DNA of 64,000 nt, taken from contig CAWJPY010000001.1 of NCBI GenBank assembly GCA_963844865.1, positions 81,415-145,414 of the forward strand. The letters are read 5' to 3'. Source of the stretch: an uncultured Holophagae bacterium. Lineage in GTDB: Bacteria; Acidobacteriota; Thermoanaerobaculia; Thermoanaerobaculales; Sulfomarinibacteraceae. Position numbers and translations under genes: made by a program. How positions within the stretch are numbered: position 1 is the stretch's first letter; every line of letters starts with the position of its first letter. This document shows positions 62,064-64,000 of the stretch, one piece after another. Below the pieces are notes generated by a model. That model ran no database searches. It was not told the DNA's origin and saw only the letters and a program-made list of their open reading frames with translations.

Positions 62064-62915
62064 TCAGGGATCGAGCTCGAAGAAGGCTCGGATGTGGGGG
62101 GCCACCCGCTCCGGGCAGGTGAGGTGCACGTGATGGCCGCCGTGCACCTCCACCACCTCGGCCTGGGGGATGCTGGCCAGGCGACCGATGAGGACCTCCG
62201 GCGGAAAGGGCCATCCCTGATCGGCGCGTACCGCCAGCACCGGGCACTGGATGACGGCCAGGAAGGCCAGCACCTGCTCCTCGGTGAGCCGCACCAGAGA
62301 GCTGGTCTTCAACCGCGGGTCGTGGGTGAAGCGCACGCCTCCGTCCAGGACCTCCGCCCCCCGCTCCACCAGCAGGCGCGCACCCTCCTCGGTGAGGTCG
62401 GAGCCCTTGCGGCGGGCGGCGATCGCCCGCGCGAGATCCGGGAAGAACCGGTTGGAGGTGCCCTCCAGGGCCGCCTCCGAGGCCAGGGCCGCGGCCACCT
62501 GACGGGGCGCCTCCGCCGCGGGGGTGGTCATGGGGCCGACCCCCTCCAGGAGCACCAGGCGCCGGATCCGTTCCGGCTCCACCGCGGGGACGAGGGCGGC
62601 GATGCCCGCTCCCATGGAGTGCCCGAGGAGCGAGAACTCGTTCCAGCCCAGGGCTCCGGCCGCCTGCAGCACCACCGGCACCCAGTCCACGACGTGGTGG
62701 AAGCAGCCCGCCGGGCGATGGTCGGAGCGTCCGTGCCCCGGGAGGTCGAGGGCCACCAGGTGCAGCTCGCCGAGCAGCGGCGCCAGGCGCGCGAAGCTGG
62801 CCGCGTTGTCCAGCCACCCGTGGAGGGCCAGGACGGGCGGCCCGTCCCGCCTCCCCCACTCCAGCGCCGCCAGCTCGAGATGCGGCAGCTTCAGCCGGCG
62901 CTCACGGCCGCTCAT
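62064..62915 (-). CDS. alpha/beta-fold hydrolase
   Basis: HGWLDN, nucleophile elbow GHSMGA and C-terminal GGHHVH. Confidence 0.8.
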   Translation of the reverse strand: MSGRERRLKLPHLELAALEWGRRDGPPVLALHGWLDNAASFARLAPLLGELHLVALDLPGHGRSDHRPAGCFHHVVDWVPVVLQAAGALGWNEFSLLGHSMGAGIAALVPAVEPERIRRLVLLEGVGPMTTPAAEAPRQVAAALASEAALEGTSNRFFPDLARAIAARRKGSDLTEEGARLLVERGAEVLDGGVRFTHDPRLKTSSLVRLTEEQVLAFLAVIQCPVLAVRADQGWPFPPEVLIGRLASIPQAEVVEVHGGHHVHLTCPERVAPHIRAFFELDP

Positions 62916-63663
62916 CTCAGGTCACGGTAGAGGCGCAGCGCGAACGAGCCCGCTGCGGTCTGGCGGAGATCATCCACCACCGCCAGGAACGGCGAGGGGA
63001 GGTCGGCGAGGGACGGCAGGTGCGAGCCAAACCCGCGCGGCAGCAATATGGGCGCCGCGAGGGCCGCGAAGCTCAGGTCGGCGGCGGTGAAGCAGTCTCC
63101 CACCAGGAAGGCCCGGCCGTCGTCGATCCGGTCGCCGATGAGAGCGAACACCTCCTGCACGACCGCCAGCGAGCGTGCCGCCGACTCCGGGCTGATGCGC
63201 AAGCCGCGGCGCAGCAGGGTCCGCATGAGGGGCAGTGCGACCGTGAACACGAACCGATCGCGACGGGACACCCCGTCCAACGCAGTCTCCAGGAGCACAC
63301 GGCGGTGCGGCAGCAGATGAAAGTACGCCAGGCGCCGCACATGTGGGCCCAGGCGGGCGCTGCAGAGCTCCTCCAGCTCCTCCACCTGGTCGCGCAGCGC
63401 GGCGACCTCGGGATAGAGCTGTGAGCTCTCGGGATGACGTACGTCCAGGAAGTGCAGGATGTCGGTGGAGTCTGCGAAGGTCCCGAGATCGGTGACGAGC
63501 ACCGGCACCTACGACTGCCGCCGGCGCCGCGGCTCGCGCGGAAGTGCAGGATGGGTGGATGCCGCTCCTCCCGGTACCGTGCCCCGCAGCGATCCAGAGC
63601 CCAGCGTGCCTTTTCACAGTAGTGCGAGGGAGGGATGGTGATCAGTCGGTAGCCACCGTCCAT
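62912..63663 (-). pseudogene. glutathione S-transferase-like gene with a frameshift near 63510
   Basis: The N-terminal thioredoxin-like part MDGGYRLITIPPSHYCEKARWALD... (ATG 63663) is in one frame. The continuation VPVLVTDLGTFADSTDIL... and the helical C-domain are in another, with an in-frame TAG just before VPVL. Confidence 0.6.
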
Positions 63664-63816
63664 GGGGGGAGCGTACTCGCCTCGCCACCCCCTGTCGAGA
63701 GAGGATGCCAGGCGCCCCCTCCGGCCGACCCGACACGCTCGAACCTGGCGCCCCGAACCTCCGTGTGCCACCGGTATCGGTGCTGCTGTTGACGACCTGC
63801 TCCGGACCGCGAGCCT

Positions 63817-63862
63817 CAAAAGGCAGCCCCTCCCGCCGGGAGGTGATCAAGCGGGAGGGGCT
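63817..63862 (-). terminator. rho-independent terminator downstream of ftsZ
   Basis: On the minus strand: AGCCCCTCCCGC...GCGGGAGGGGCT (12-bp stem) followed by GCCTTTTGAGG. Confidence 0.6.
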
Positions 63863-63904
63863 TCTGATCGGGCCCGCCGTACGTGTCCTCGTCAGGCCGG
63901 CCTC

Positions 63905-64000
63905 TCAGTCCATCTGCTTGCGAAGGATCGCCGGGATCTCGTAGTCGTCGGTCTGGTTGATGCCGTACTCGGAGTTGGGTCCACCGGGCACGAAGAAGCG
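63905..64000 (-). CDS. ftsZ: 3' end of the cell-division GTPase FtsZ gene (partial; continues beyond the window)
   Basis: The minus-strand translation ends ...FFVPGGPNSEYGINQTDDYEIPAILRKQMD*, the conserved FtsZ C-terminal peptide (D-x-x-[D/E]-IP-A-[F/I]-LR-[K/R]-Q). Confidence 0.7.
   Translation of the reverse strand, partial: RFFVPGGPNSEYGINQTDDYEIPAILRKQMD

Overview
High-GC (about 68-70%) bacterial chromosomal segment that is densely coding on both strands. The gene content points to an anaerobic or microaerobic, sigma-54-using lineage, but I cannot place it taxonomically from sequence alone.

Left to right:
- Thiolase.
- tmRNA (ssrA, tag ANNDYALAA).
- comM and a solitary IS200-like gene.
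- An 11-gene complex I cluster (nuoABCD-HIJKLMN, with no nuoEFG), followed directly by a partial Fo cluster (atpZ-like, atpI, atpB, atpE).
- An ECF sigma factor, purA and tRNA-Lys.
- A 5-gene redox operon: NuoE-like, a NuoF::GltD fusion, a NuoG-N-terminal-like FeS protein, a GltS-FMN-domain protein and a NifX-like protein.
- A heavily frameshifted BNR/sortilin-like pseudogene.
- An 8-kb cluster of small metal/FeS-associated proteins of unknown function: DUF134, NifX-like x2, DUF5320, a Gly/Arg-rich zinc-ribbon protein, two MinD-type ATPases with ferredoxin inserts, an FmdB zinc ribbon, an aminotransferase, CGGC, Mrp/NBP35 and two paralogous CGC-motif proteins.
- A FadH-like flavoenzyme.
- A minus-strand operon joining an HdrD/DsrK-like, NarI/DsrM-like, FeS and NrfD::hexaheme membrane redox complex to a response regulator - histidine kinase - response regulator module.
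- A sigma-54 activator followed by a NifX-like/TrmO-like/radical-SAM operon.
- Housekeeping genes, ending in the 3' end of ftsZ.

Most notable sequence-level observations:
1. Homologous ~210-240-nt elements lie downstream of both ssrA and tRNA-Lys. Each carries a second copy of the T-arm/acceptor 3' end of its neighbouring gene.
2. The orphan metallocluster-handling cluster has two near-consensus sigma-54 promoters, which link it to the NifX/TrmO/rSAM operon and to a Cys-rich-PAS enhancer-binding protein.
3. The HydABC/Bfu-like NuoEF-GltD module is coupled to a stand-alone GltS FMN domain.
4. The Hmc/Dsr-type complex has an NrfD-multiheme fusion.

No database search was possible. All product calls rest on recognised motifs, and start codons are best guesses. 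Many long ORFs in the track are high-GC shadow ORFs and were ignored.
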